NCBI GenBank assembly: GCA_964016885.1
Contig: OZ024741.1
Location: 140,988,001 to 141,052,000, forward strand
Direction of reading: 5' to 3'
Origin: Eledone cirrhosa
Taxonomy: Eukaryota
DNA length: 64,000 nt
A program made the position numbers and the translations under genes. Below are positions 12,829 through 28,794 of the stretch, one piece after another; the stretch's first letter is position 1, and every line of letters begins with the position of its first letter. The notes beneath the pieces are model-generated. The model saw only the letters and a program-made list of their open reading frames with translations, did not search any database and was not told the DNA's origin.

Positions 12829-15800
12829 TTTAAGTCGTTTCGAAGCCTCCACAATGCAAATGGGTAAATCTCCGGGTAACAAGGTCCGGTGGTGGAGAGA
12901 GAGATGTAAGTGGGTGTACGTTGAGATGCGTGGTGTGTATAAGATGTGTGAGATGTGTAGAATGAAGGGAAGAGTATAGAGGATAAAATAAAAATAACAA
13001 CACAAGAGAGAGTTACCTTGGGAGAGATTTAATAGTCCCTATATATTTCGGATTCACATCCATCAACTGGGGTTTTTTCCGGGGCGGGGGAAAAGGTTGT
13101 CTGTCGGACAAGTCCGGAACGCGTCCTTCGATCTTTGTTGTTTTGAATATCTGAGGTATTCAGCAGAGCGCACGTGCGCGTGAAATGGGGTCGGTCGTAC
13201 AGAGGTCAGCGGCCGAATGAGGGAGTGGGATGGCGCTAGCTGTCAGTCCATTCTCTGCCTGTTTGTTAAATGTTACTGTGTGCGTGTGCGTGTGTTGTTG
13301 TCTCGCTTGAGTGTGTGTGTGTGCGTTTGTTGTTTCCTTGTTCCTCTGTATTGGCAGTGTAGTATGTTCGTATGGTGGAATAATACTGTGTGTGTGTGTG
13401 CGTGTGTGTGTGTAGTTGTCTCGTTTGCGTGTGTGCGTGTGTTGTGTGTTGTTGCATCGCTTATTAACTTAAACCAGTCATCTCATTTCGCTTCTCTCTG
13501 ATCGGTTGTTTATTTGCGGTTGCAGTCGTTTGATAAAAAGCGCTTCCTTGATACGTAACGTGCCGACGTTTCTTTCAGTCGCTAGAATTGTGACGATGGG
13601 CCTTCCGTCTTTGTTTCCGCATTTGTCTATGTGTTTCCGGGAAGACGAGGCCCTGGTTTTAATGTGTTCCTTGATCCGGATGTGGAAAGGTCGAATTGTG
13701 CTACCTATGTAGTATTGGTTGCACCTGTCACATTCTATCTTATACACGACGTATGTGCGTAGGCAACAGTTCGCATGGCGTATCGGGCAGTCTCTGAGGG
13801 AGCATGCGTCAGTAGATTTTTCGGGTTTCCTTGAGAGGCATCTTCGCAGGGAGGGGCCAGAGTGTGCCAGGTGGATGTCGAGGCCCTCCCTCCGTATAGC
13901 CTTGCGGATAGCGTTGGTGGTTTTCTCGCCCAGGTGTGGCATTTTAAGGAAGCGCTTGCCTTGGGTGTTTCTCTGTCTCTTGCGTCTGCTGTCTCCTATT
14001 CTGTCTGTGATCGAGGTAGGGTACCCGTTCGTCTCCAGCACCTCGAGGAATCGCTTGGTATGAGTGACACCACTCGCGGGTTCGCTACATCTGTTTTTTA
14101 TTCGCGCGATCTCGTTCGTGATGTATCCTCTTTTGGCACTGTTAGGGAGGGCGGACTTGTAGTGAACGAATAGGTCCCTGCAGGCTGCCTTTCGGTAGAA
14201 GTTGCAGTGGATCCTTCCCTGTTCCGTGATGTTGATTCGGAAGTCGCGGAGGGCAAGTGACTCGTCTTCGTTGGGGTGTTCAACACTGAAGTCAATGTAC
14301 TCGTCCGTGTTGTTGAACGTCTCATAGATTCTCATAGATTCGCCGTGTCTTGGGAAGATGTGAGGATGAGGATATCGTCCACGTACCTTGAGAAAAAGGC
14401 TACGGCGTTGGGGTGGCGGGCGTTGAGTGCCTTGCGTTCGAGGTTGTCCATGTAAGAGATCGCTAGCACACCTGATAGGCTTGATCCCATGGGCAATCCC
14501 CAGGTTTGTTGGTATATTTGGTCAAGGAATCCGAAATAGGTGTTGTCGACGACGATGGATAGGAGTTGGTGGATGTCAGTGGTGGTGAGCCCGAAGCAGT
14601 GTAGGTCGGTGGATTAGACGCGTTCCATTAGTATATTGACGGCCGGGAGTGCCGAGACCGAGGTGTAGAGAGCGACTACATCAAGGCTGAAGGCATATCT
14701 GTTATTCCTTCTGGTGTCGGGATCCATTTGATGCAGGCGCTTCAACACCTCCTCGGAGCTGTTAACGTGTCCCGGCAAGGTGTCTAAGATGGGTTTGAGT
14801 ATTCTGGCTAGGAGCCATGAAATTTTGTAGAGTGGTCCCTCCACGCTCGATACGATGGGTCTGATTTTCAGGTCGGGTCCCTGTTTGTGTGTTTTCACGA
14901 GGTGGTAGAAGGCGGGTAGTCTGCTGTTCCTCGTGAGGAGGTTGTATCTCAGCTTCTTCGGGAGCTTCCGACGGTCGCAGATGTTGGTCCAGGCGGAGTT
15001 CATGTGTTCTTCTATCTGCGTGGGAGTGATTCCCGTGACCTTGGAGTAGAGGTTGTCATCGTCAAGGTGTTGGAGGGCCAGGGTGTTGTAGGCCTCTCTG
15101 CTGATGACGCAGAATTCTTTTCCCTTGTCGGAGGGGAGATAGATGAGGTTCTTCGATTTTAGGTTGGAGAGAGTGGTGAGTTGAGATTTGCTGAGGTTAT
15201 GTGTTGTGCGTGTGTGTGTGTGTTTGTGAAGTATATCCGAGATGGAGTGTTTTAGCCTGATGAGTTTAGTGTCGAGTTCGTGGTTGGTAGGTGGGGGGTG
15301 GAGTGGGTTGTCGGGGTGGTAAGTGGGGAACTTGGGGTGGGTTGCGTCGGCGCTGTTATTTTCTGTGGCGCTGTTGATGGCGGTCACCCATTTAAGTTGG
15401 TAAGCGGCTCGACAAAAGTTGGCCTCGATGTTGAGTTTGAGTCTGTCGTAGAGACGTTGTGGGACGATGAACTTAGGTCCGAGGTGTAGGAGTTTCAGCT
15501 CGTCGCTCGTGATAGTGCCGGTTAGGTCGGTGACCAGGTGCGTCGCATCGTTGAAGTATGGCTCGGTGTTGGTGGTTGCGGCGGTGGCGGTTGTTAAGTT
15601 GTTGTTTTCCACGTGGTTCTGGTCCGCCTGTTGGTTAGTGTCGATGTTCTCGTTGTGCCGTTTCGACAAGATCCACTCATATTTTCGCTTGAGCCGTTTT
15701 TTCTCGGATTGGACTCTGGAGTGGTAGCACTGGTTGATTGCTTTAGTGATTTTCAGGAGCAAGTCTCCGGGTGCTATTGGCAGTCGATGCGTCCGCTTAT

Positions 15801-16700
15801 GGACGTGTAATTGGCGGTTGAGATATCTCAGGATCTGTTTAATACACGTGCGATGTATGCGGTTAGTGGTGTTTTGGAAGGCTGGTCTACGTATGCTTAC
15901 TGGTAAGCGGATGTTCTTGATGGTGTTGGGGATGACATCGTTTTTTAGGCAGCGTTTCTGGAAAATAATATGGCAGCCAGCGTTGGCCCATTTCTCCGAC
16001 AGTCTAAACAGTTCCCTTACGGATGCAAACAATTCCTGGCTCAAGTGTAAGGATCAGAGAGTATTGAAGTTTGCTTGAAGCATTGTGGAACAATAAGCAA
16101 AGATCTTTAAGTCGTTTGGAAGCCTCGAAAATGCAAATGGATAAATCTCCGGGTAACAAGGTCCGGTGGTGGAGAGAGATGTAAGTGGGTGTACGTTGAG
16201 ATGCGTGGTGTGTATAAGATGTGTGAGATGTGTAGAATGAAGGGAAGAGTATAGAGGATAAAATTAAAATAACAACACAAGAGAGAGTTACCTTGGGAGA
16301 GATTTAATAGTCCCTATATATTTCGGATTCATATCCATCAACTGGGGTTGTTTTCCGGGGTGGGGCAACAGGTTGTCTGTCGGACAAGTCCGGAACGCGT
16401 CCTTCGCTGTTTGTTGTTTTGAATATCTGAGGTATTCGGCAGAGCGCTCGTGCGCGTGAAATGGGGTCGGTCGTACAGAGGTCAGCGGCCGAATGAGGGA
16501 GTGGGATGGCGCTAGCTGTCAGTCCATTCTCTGCCTGTTTGTTAAATGTTACTGTGTGTGTGTGCGTGTGTTGTTGTCTCGCTTGAGTGTGTGTGTGTGA
16601 GCGTGTGTTGTTGCCTTGTTCCTCTGTATTGGCAGTGTAGTATGTTCGTATGGTGGAATTCTACTGTGTGTGTGTGTGTGTGCGTGTGTTGTGTGTTGTT
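12822..16700 (-). mobile_element. Near-complete Penelope-like retroelement (RT + GIY-YIG) with direct pseudo-LTRs (about 12822-13455 and 16103-16700)
   Basis: Direct repeat of about 600 bp. ORF motifs PSDKG, KTHK..IRPIVS, SLDVVALYTSV, GLPMGS, RYVDD, VVYKIECDRCNQYYIGST. The 3' end abuts (TA)n. Confidence 0.93.
13478..16083 (-). pseudogene. Penelope RT/GIY-YIG ORF with two premature stops and a frameshift
   Basis: ATG at 16083 is in frame with ORF 14614-16044. Stops near 16055 and 14614. A 10-bp duplication gaatctatga near 14330 shifts the frame after RYVDD. Confidence 0.85.
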
Positions 16701-18210
16701 GACTTCAGTGTTGAACACCCCAACGAAGACGGGTCACTTACCCTCCTCGACTTCCGAATCAACATCACGGAACAGGGAAGGATCCACTGCAACTTCTACC
16801 GAAAGGCAGCCTGCAGGGACCTATTCGTTCACTACAAGTCCGCCCTCCCTAACAGTGGCAAAAGAGGATACATCACGAACGAGATCGCGCGAATCAAAAA
16901 CAGATGCAGCGATCCCGCGAGTGGTGTCACTCATACCAAGCGATTCCTCGAGGTGCTGGAGATGAACGGGTACCCTACCTCGATCACAGACAGAATAGAA
17001 GACACCAGACGCAAGAGACAGAGAAGCACCCAAGGCAAGTGCTTCCTTAAAATGCCACACCTGGGCGAGAAAACCACCAACGCTATCCGCAAGGCTATAC
17101 GGAGGGAGGGCCTCGACATCCACCTGGCCCACTCGGGCCCCTCCCTACGAAGATGCCTCTCCAGGAAACCCGAAAAATCTACTGACGCATGCTCCCTCAG
17201 AGACTGCCCGATACGCCATGCGAACTGTTGCCTACGCACATACGTCGTGTATAAGATAGAATGTGACAGGTGCAACCAATACTACATAGGTAGCACAATT
17301 CGACCTTTGCACATCCGCATCAAGGAACACATTAAAACCAGGGCCTCGTCTTCCCGGAAACACATAGACAAATGCGGAAACAAAGACGGAAGGCCCATCG
17401 TCACAATTCTAGCGACTGAAAGAAACGTCGGCACGTACGTATCAAGGAAGCGCTTTTTATCAAACGACTGCAACCGCAAATAAACAACCGATCAGAGAGA
17501 AGCGAAATGAGATGGCTGGTTTAAGTTAACAAGCGATGCAACAACACACAACACACGCACACACACACACACACGCAAACGAGACAACTACACAGACACA
17601 CGCACACACACACAGTAGCATTCCACCATACGAACATACTACACTGCCAATACAGAGGAACAAGGCAACAACACACGCACACACACACACACACTCAAGT
17701 GAGACAACAACACACGCACACACACAGTAACATTTAACAAACAGGCAGAGAATGGACTGACAGCTAGCGCCATCCCACTCCCTCATTCGGCCGCTGACCT
17801 CTGTACGACCGACCCCATTTCACGCGCACGCGCGCTCTGCTGAATACCTCAGATATTCAAAACAACAAACAGCGAAGGACGCGTTCCGGACTTGTCCGAC
17901 AGACAACCTTTTCCCCCACCCCGGAAAAAAGCCCCAGTTCATGGATATGAATCCGAAATATATAGGGACTATTAAATCTCTCCCAAGGTAACTCTCTCTT
18001 GTGTTGTTATTTTTATTTTATCCTCTATACTCTTCCCTTCATTCTACACATCTTATACACACCACGCATCTCAACGTACACCCACTTACATCTCTCTCTC
18101 CACCACCGGACCTTGTTACCCGGAGATTTACCCATTTGCATTGTGGAGGCTTCCAAACGACTTAAAGATATTTACTTATTATTCCACAATGCTTCAAGCA
18201 AACTTCAATA

Positions 18211-18214
<4 letters not shown>
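16699..18214 (+). mobile_element. Inverted second arm of the Penelope element (thumb, GIY-YIG, pLTR, tail into the ORF start)
   Basis: Reverse complement of about 12822-14295. Ends with ttccacaatgcttcaagcaaacttcaatactctc (the ORF start) then (TA)n. Confidence 0.92.
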
Positions 18215-18867
<653 letters not shown>

Positions 18868-19137
18868 AAGTAAGGTAAAAAGACACCCTTCGGGCACGAA
18901 TAACCACCGGAATACACACACACACAGATATATATATATATGTAACATGCTTCTATTTGTAATTGTATACACGTATACACAGAAATATGCATTTATTATA
19001 CATGAACAGAAAACATATATATATATATATATATTTTTGCGATATACATTTTAATTTTAAGGACTAGATAACTCGATTAATTGAATAACTGAATAGTGAT
19101 CGACTAAAATGATGGAGGATTCATCATCGTGTGTGTG

Positions 19138-19228
<91 letters not shown>

Positions 19229-19679
19229 ATAGGCCTCATTGTTTGGTTAACGATTTCACTTCACAATCACAGGGTTATGGGTTCAGTTCGAATGCGCTAC
19301 AATTCAGTTTTCAGCAGGTTTGACAAAAACGTTAACAATAAAATTCTTGTACTGAGTTATAAACGATCGACTGCTCTTGCATTAGCCGCAGTCTAATGAC
19401 TAAAACCAGTAAAAGAATATATATTAAATATACATTGTCGCAAACACACACACGCTCACAGAGACATATAATTCCGTTTTGTACATGATAAACCTGGATA
19501 TAGACTAACACGAACATATGCCGCTGGCAAGCTACAGGCCTATGAAGAAGAAACGTCAATGACGCGATTTCGGATCCAAGTCAGAGGCTCGTAAACTTAG
19601 GTCAGTCAAGATCTTAACCTCAAACACCGCCATACAATCTTTCATTCAAAACTTGCCTCTCTCTCTCTCTCACTCTCTC

Positions 19680-19748
<69 letters not shown>

Positions 19749-20614
19749 ATATATATATATGTATGTATCTTTCGCACTCTCTCTCTCTCGCTCGCTCGCT
19801 CTCTCTGCGTGTGTCTATGTGTGTGTGTGTAGGGGTGTGTGTGTGTGTAGGGGTGTGTATGTGTAGTTGTCTCTTTGTGTGTGATTGTGCATGCGTGATT
19901 GTCTGTGTATTTATATATGTTCATCTGTGTGTTTGTGTGTGTGAGATATTGTATTTAAAGTTTGCGTGTTTTCATATTGTTCCAATTCCACATAATATAC
20001 GTTAGAAGTAATGCGAATAAGTCTCGTTCTGCCTTAGGTGGTGGTGGTGATGATGGTGGTGGTGATGGTGGTGGTGGTCACAGTTATGAGCGTGCCTATG
20101 TTCCGTAGATGGTGTTGCTTGTGGTAGGCGATTTTGGACTATTACCTTACAACACCACATTACATCATACAATATCATGTAATACCACAGCACACCATAC
20201 CCCACAATTTCACGCTTTACCACACCACACAACACCACGCAGTACTGTATCTTGTATTTTTGCCGATATCAACCAGTGGTGCTTTAGATGGTGGTGGTAA
20301 CGACAAGGATTTAGCAGTGTTACCTTAACACCACACTATGAGACACTGTACTACAGTATATTACACGACACTCTAGCGAAACCCCACCATATCTTGTATT
20401 TGTGATGGTATTAACCGGATCCAGTATGTAGGGTCCTGCATGTTACTATTTATACTGTTTTAGTCTATCGCCCATTAGTTTTATAAACATACGTACGTAT
20501 GTATGAATGTCTGTATGTACGTACGTAATTGTTTATATACAATCACCGCGTAAAAATAATGGTACTTCTATTTTATTACTGGCAGCAGCAGCAACGCAAG
20601 CAGCAGTAGCAACG

Positions 20615-20662
<48 letters not shown>

Positions 20663-22317
20663 ATAGTAGTAGTAGTAGTAGTGACGGTGGTGGTACCACC
20701 AGCAGCAGCAGCTAATTCCCTATCACAACCAACCACATCATCAGCGGCAGCAGCAACAGCACAGTTACAGTGAAGAAGCAGCAACGTTGACTGACAGCAA
20801 AGAAGGAGAATGAGATGGTAGCGTTGGGTGAAGATGGTGAGATGGAAAATCATAACAAAAATAACAATACTAATAAAGAATGCGAAAAATATATATAGAA
20901 GTGGGAGTGTATGTGGGAGGCACTAACTCTTCATCAACAGCAGCGACGATGGCGGCGCTAGTAGTAACAGGATGGCGGCAGCGGTGGCGGTGGTGCGACC
21001 ACGACGACGACGGCGCTACGCCTGAAGTGGTACTGTGGTAAACATGGAAACGTTAAATCAGAAGATATCTTGTAAAAGAAGTAGTAGAATGAACTCACTG
21101 TTGTTGTTACTACATTCCAACCGGCATCAATGGAGAGTAGTATCGCCCCAACAGTGGGATAAAAACATATTCACCAACATCACCAACATAACTCACAACA
21201 CCAACAACACCTCAACCTTTTTTGGAGACTTTCAACATAACCTTTCCCCACATCCATATCCAAACTAAACAAAGAACAAAAACACTTTCGGATTTAATTT
21301 TACTATAGCAATTTCCGTGTTTTGTTGTGAATACTCATTAGGGGGAAGCACACTTGGATTATAGAAATAATTATTTTAAAAGAAATTATTATCATTATTA
21401 TTATTACTATTGTTATTTATTATTATTACTTATTAATATAACTATTGTTAATATTATTTGTGTCGCTGTTATTTATTTGTTTTGAAAAAATAACTCAAAA
21501 TATCCACAAAACGAAATGTAAAATATGACAAAAAATATAATTTCTAAAAATCATACACACATACTTTCATTTCATTCATGTGGATAATGAAAACCATGCC
21601 GAGGAAACACATTGCCCCATTTAAAAATCCACAAAAAACAATTCTAGATCCATCCGTCCCCACCGATACATTAGTACTGTATGAAGAAAGTGTGTATTAG
21701 TGAAGAGCTACTTTTCTAGGCTAAAGAAATATGACTAAACCCCTCCATCTTCCGATATAACTTAAATCTCTCTAACCCCCCCCCCCCACCTCTCACTCTC
21801 ATTCTCTCACACACACACACACACCCACATACACACACGCATATACACACACACATATATATATATATACCTAAACTAAAATGATTGTTGCTTCATATAT
21901 ACAGCTCCATAAAATGATAAAGTGAAAGAGCTTATAAAGTTGTTTTATGAATGAATGTGTCTAATAGAGGAGCGTTAAACTTTAACCCAAACTTCACTTT
22001 CTCGATAAATCCTCGTCAATCGATTGATATAGTGTTAGGCGATATTTTTTTTATTTTTATCCTCAACTGTGAGTGATAAAATCTGTATTATTTACCTTCA
22101 TATATAACTACGTACTCATACATAAATATAAAAAATAAACATTTTTGATATATGAAAAAAAAGAACTTGTTGAACTCAACTTTATACGGCTTGGCTCGCC
22201 TTTGGTATTTTACTTCCTTAAATACTCTGCAAACTAATATGCATCGAGTACTACTCTGATTTTTGGCCTTCTCTGTCTACAGATCTCCATCTTTTCTCTC
22301 TCTCCCTATCTCCTCCC

Positions 22318-22355
<38 letters not shown>

Positions 22356-23104
22356 ACATACACACAGACACACACATATGTATATAGTGATATATAAAGA
22401 TATATATTATGAGGGCTAAAATCATGTGAAAACAACTTTGATTACAGTACTTCGACCAACAAAGAATGGTAGCGAATCTTTAGAAGTGAAAGACCCCTAT
22501 TTACTGGAAGCTCCTCTCACACTTCCAGAAATTACTTAAATATAAAACATATTAATTATTTGACGATTAAATATCAGAACACGTACCAATGTCTCTGGGT
22601 GCGGGTGGATTGTTTGAAATAAATCCATCAATCAAACATAGAAAAAGTATCAATAAAAAGAGATCAATAAAATTGTTTGATTGGAATGAGAAAATAAAAT
22701 GACCGTTTTGGAGAGACAAACGATAATACAGAATGAAAGAAACTCTACTCAGATATTTTTCTAATCAGTGGCAATCTGGGAAAGCATTTCAAACTATAAA
22801 GGAAACACTTCATTTACTTTCTCCCACTGTTGTGGATGTAAAACTGGTGGGACTAAGAAATTAACCCGGTGCTTTACTGTGATTTTGGGAGTTTTACAAG
22901 CGTGGAGTACATTTGAATACTGAATCTTATTTTAAAAGGTAGGTAGATGATGAGTTAAAGAATTTAAAAGAAAGAATAAACTTTTTTTGTGAAAAGCCTA
23001 TCAGTTAAAGGATTGTTGTTGATACTGTTGCTTGTTATTTAAACACAGACTTACACACACGCATGTGTATATAATGCAATAAAACGCAAACAAACACACA
23101 TTCA

Positions 23105-23199
<95 letters not shown>

Positions 23200-23643
23200 A
23201 TATATATATATACATATATATATATTGTATATATATTATGAAAGTTCACCTAATGTGGTTTCTGTGATCTTAAACATAAAGAGGAAGACATAATTAAATA
23301 AATAAATCAAAAGTTTTGGGGTATTTTTACATAAAATATATTTTGCCATGACACCCGTTGCGTGATTCGTACCTGTTGAAACAGTGTTTTACGGTTTCGA
23401 TTAAATATCTATTTATACATATATATTTTACGTATTTATGATAAGCAGCGTTAACGTGTGCTGAGAGAGACGTGATGTAAATGTATCCCAATAACAACTG
23501 CTACATTTTATTGATAAAGATCGATGAGCGAAAAATTGTTGTTACCAGTCAGTTGTAGCTGAGAGTTAAGAGACGTTTTACAAAAAACGAAAATGATACA
23601 TTCATTAGTAAAGGAAATTAAACTATATATCTAATAAAGAAAC

Positions 23644-23709
<66 letters not shown>

Positions 23710-23710
<1 letters not shown>

Positions 23711-23893
23711 TTATGTGGTTGACGGTTGAGAGAAAAGAGTACTCAATACCGGAATACTATTTTGATATTCATTTTATTAAGGCTAAAAAAAGGAGTCTTT
23801 TTACTCTGGAGTTTCCCCTATTTATCACAGGGTCATCTGATGACCCTGTGATAAACAGGGGAAACTCCAGATTAATAAGACTTGCTATGTAGC

Positions 23894-23897
<4 letters not shown>
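23710..23897 (-). mobile_element. Fold-back element centred on an HHR core
   Basis: CTGATGA-ccctg tgataaa caggg-GAAA-ctc, mirrored about 23838. The long arm has AATAAA and ends in (TA)n. Confidence 0.7.
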
Positions 23898-23949
<52 letters not shown>

Positions 23950-24063
23950 TTAATACATGTACATAATATATGTATATATAAAATGTGTGTGTGTGAGCCT
24001 TTGTGCTTCCTTTTATTTGCAAATCACCCCTCATCCCGCCTTGCAAGAGATCCGTGGTCATTG

Positions 24064-24113
<50 letters not shown>

Positions 24114-24239
24114 TGTTAAAGGATTACTAAATTGTTAAATAAAGTTCCTCAAACCTGTGTAATATACGTAATTATTACTGATTCCAATTATGCAATTAGC
24201 GTAAGTCACCAAATATAGACAAATAGATAGATAATTAGC

Positions 24240-24247
24240 TAGGTAGG

Positions 24248-24291
<44 letters not shown>

Positions 24292-24362
24292 GAGATAGGT
24301 AGATATATAGGTAGCTAGATAGGTAGGTAGGAGGGTAGGTAGGTAGAAAGATAGATAGATAT
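24240..24362. repeat. (GATA)n/(GGTA)n microsatellite
   Basis: Direct reading. Confidence 0.9.
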
Positions 24363-24585
24363 GTAGCCCATGAATGATCTGAGTAATTCAGTGACAGTAA
24401 ATATATTCAGTTACATGTAACATTGAAACTGTCTGTAAAGCATGTATAACGCATGAATGTTTGTATTTATAGACACACACTTCAATGTTAAAATCAAAAT
24501 ATATTATTGTCTACATGTAAACTATGCTGATATGCATATATGATTTTACAACCAAGCCATGTATGTGTTTGAGTGTGTGTATATC

Positions 24586-25440
<855 letters not shown>

Positions 25441-26046
25441 TAAGTGTCACTACTAAAGGAGATATCCTAGTGATAAAGTTTATTCCAAAAATAATACATT
25501 AACAATTTATAAAAGTTTGTGTACTTTTCTTATATATTCGATATTCTGGATTTTATTTTATAATTCAAGTACTCCATTTATATAGATTTAATCTTCAGAA
25601 AGGTAATTATAACCAAATCTGTATAAATATATATGTGCGTGTGTGTGTATCTGCGTATACAAGTGTATGTCTGTGCGTGTGTAATTATTGAGTGTGTAAA
25701 TATAAAATACGTCTGTGTGTCAACGTTTGTATTTGTTCAGACTTTCTGCGTGCCAAGTTCGAGTACTCCCAAGATCGATTTGGCATTTCAATCCTTTGTG
25801 ATTCGATACATGAGTCAATACATTAAAGGCATTGTATTCCGGTATTTTACAGATTACCGCCTCGAGGAAACCCTTCTACCCTGTTCAGAGTTAGGCAAAT
25901 TGGAGGCGCAATTGTTATTAGGGAGTGCTCACTGGTATCCCAAAATATATATATACATACTTCATTGAAGGATGTTCATACACAAACACGCGCACGCAAC
26001 GTCAATGCGGATGCATACATGCTTGAGTATGCACCTAATTTCGTAC

Positions 26047-26132
<86 letters not shown>

Positions 26133-26143
26133 ATATATATATG

Positions 26144-26190
<47 letters not shown>

Positions 26191-26346
26191 ATATATATTA
26201 CTGGTACTTTATTTTATCGACCCCGTAAGGATGAAAGGCAAAGTTAACCTCGGCGGGATTTGAACTCAGACCATAAATAATATTCGTATATACGTATGTA
26301 TAAATATGTATATCCAAATGTTATTATATATATATATATATATATA

Positions 26347-26629
26347 TCTAAAGTCTAAAGTCTGTCTTAAACCAGAAGGCTCATTTGGCTGGTGCTTACC
26401 CCGGTTTCATGGCATGAAGCGACTGAGAGTACAAGACTCACCCAGGACGCCAGTCCATCGCAGGGATTAATTAATAACCTCCAGCTATTGCTAATACTCA
26501 TTTTCAGCTGAGTACACTGGAGCAACGTGAAATGAAGTGTTTTGCTCAAGAACACAACACGCAACCCAGGAATCGAACCCACGACAGTATGATCGTAAGT
26601 CCAACACTCTTACCACTAGGCCACGTGCC
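26347..26629 (-). mobile_element. tRNA-derived SINE family B
   Basis: Minus strand has A-box tggcctagtgg, B-box ggttcgattcc, then gtgttcttgagcaaaacactt, ccctgcgatggactggcg and an (agacttt)n tail. Related decayed heads at 31365-31695(-), 38445-38740(+), 41810-41920(+), 62773-63010(+). Confidence 0.75.
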
Positions 26630-26649
26630 TATATATATATATTTATATA

Positions 26650-26828
26650 TAGGAGTAAGTAAGACCCCGACGGCTGAGCTCAAGCCGTTTCGACGGCTAA
26701 TTCTGTCGAAACGGCTTGAGCTCAGCCGTCGGGGTCTTACTTACTCCTATTACCCACTCTACTACCCTAAGTAATGAGTACTTTGGTGCGTTATGGTCCA
26801 CCTGGTTCCTTACCACTTTTCCTTCGCT
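26650..26828 (+). mobile_element. Fold-back family X copy, opposite orientation
   Basis: Hairpin then tacccactctactaccctaagtaatgagtac...ccttcgc followed by (TA)n. Confidence 0.85.
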
Positions 26829-26829
26829 A

Positions 26830-26867
<38 letters not shown>

Positions 26868-27607
26868 TATGTATAACTATGTACATGTGTGAATATGTTT
26901 ATGTATATATATATATATATGTGTGTGAGTATATATAAATACATATATATATTTATATATGTATGCACATATATATGAATGTATATATGGATGTATATAT
27001 ATATTTATAAGTATATAGGTATGTATGTATATACATATATGTGCATATTCAAACACATATACATATAAATATATACGCAGATATATATATATAAATAAAT
27101 ATAGATATATATGTATGTATGTATATGTAGGAATATATATATCTGCATGTATATTCGTATATTCGTATACATGCGTTTATTTATATGTATGCATGCATAT
27201 AAGTGTGTGCACGTATGCATATATGTGTGTATAAATATGTGTATATATATGTATATATTTATGTATATATGTATACTTATGTGTGTGTGTATATAGTTGT
27301 GAATGTATATATACGCACATGTATGTATGTATATATGTATACATACATGTATGTATACTTGTATGTATACATGTATACATGTATACATACATGTATGTAT
27401 ACATGCATATTTATGTACCCATATATATATATGTATATATATAAGTATATATATAAGTTTATATATATATATGGGTACATAAATATACATGTGCACATAA
27501 ATATGTGCGTATATATACATTCACAAATATATACATATGTATATTCATATATATTCATACACGTTATCATAGCTTATGCAAATATTCAGTTCTAAACACT
27601 TGTTGAG

Positions 27608-27638
<31 letters not shown>

Positions 27639-27858
27639 CCTATGCGCGTTCATTTTATAGCTCCACTTGTCTTATAATCATGCATAAAAGTGTATAATTT
27701 AATCAATGAGCCACAATCTATTCTTTATTTGTATGCATATTCCTATATATGGAAATATAAATACATATATATATAATATATATGTATATTTACACATAGA
27801 CACATATTTATATATATGTATATATATATATATATATAGAAAGAGAGAGAGAGAGATA

Positions 27859-27896
<38 letters not shown>

Positions 27897-27963
27897 AATA
27901 TACATACATATATACATATCAAATATATATACATATATATACATATCATATATATATGTACAT

Positions 27964-27994
<31 letters not shown>

Positions 27995-28066
27995 GTGTGT
28001 GTGAGTTTGTGTTTCACCGTGTGTGCCTCTGGATATCAGCAAAATATGTATAAATATACAAATACT

Positions 28067-28201
<135 letters not shown>

Positions 28202-28229
28202 CATATATATATTAAAATAACATTATTTT

Positions 28230-28346
28230 CTGAGTTCAAATCCCGCCGAGGTTGACTTTACATCTCATCCTTACGGGGTCGATGAAATAAAGTACCAGTA
28301 ATGTACTGCATTAATTGGTGGCCTTGTGCCAAAAGTAGAAACAATT
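28230..28346 (+). mobile_element. SINE family A, 5'-truncated
   Basis: B-box through agaaacaatt. Confidence 0.75.
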
Positions 28347-28462
28347 ATTTTAGTCTTCAAATTTATTATTATTACTATATACATATATATATTTAATAAC
28401 TGCTGTACTAAGAGTGAGAAATGAAATTTCGTTTCATTCTATTCCATATATATATATATATA

Positions 28463-28506
<44 letters not shown>

Positions 28507-28520
28507 TGTGTGTGTGTGTG

Positions 28521-28564
<44 letters not shown>

Positions 28565-28565
<1 letters not shown>

Positions 28566-28749
28566 CGAAGGAAATGTGGTAAGGAACCAGGTGGACATAA
28601 CGCACCAAAGTACTCAATACTTTGGGTAGTATAGTGGGCAATAGGAACGAGTAGGATCCCGACGGCTGAGCTCAAGCCGTTTCGACGGCTAATTCTGGAC
28701 TGAAATAGCTGTCGAAACGGCTTGAGCTCTGCCGCGGGGTCTTGAACAT

Positions 28750-28794
<45 letters not shown>

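Noticed and set aside
12822-16700. LTR retrotransposon, suggested by the 600-bp direct repeats
   Set aside because: No gag, protease or integrase; RT plus GIY-YIG identifies a Penelope-like element with pseudo-LTRs.
13506-17479. Antisense ORFs overlapping the Penelope ORF
   Set aside because: They are shadow frames with no recognisable motifs.
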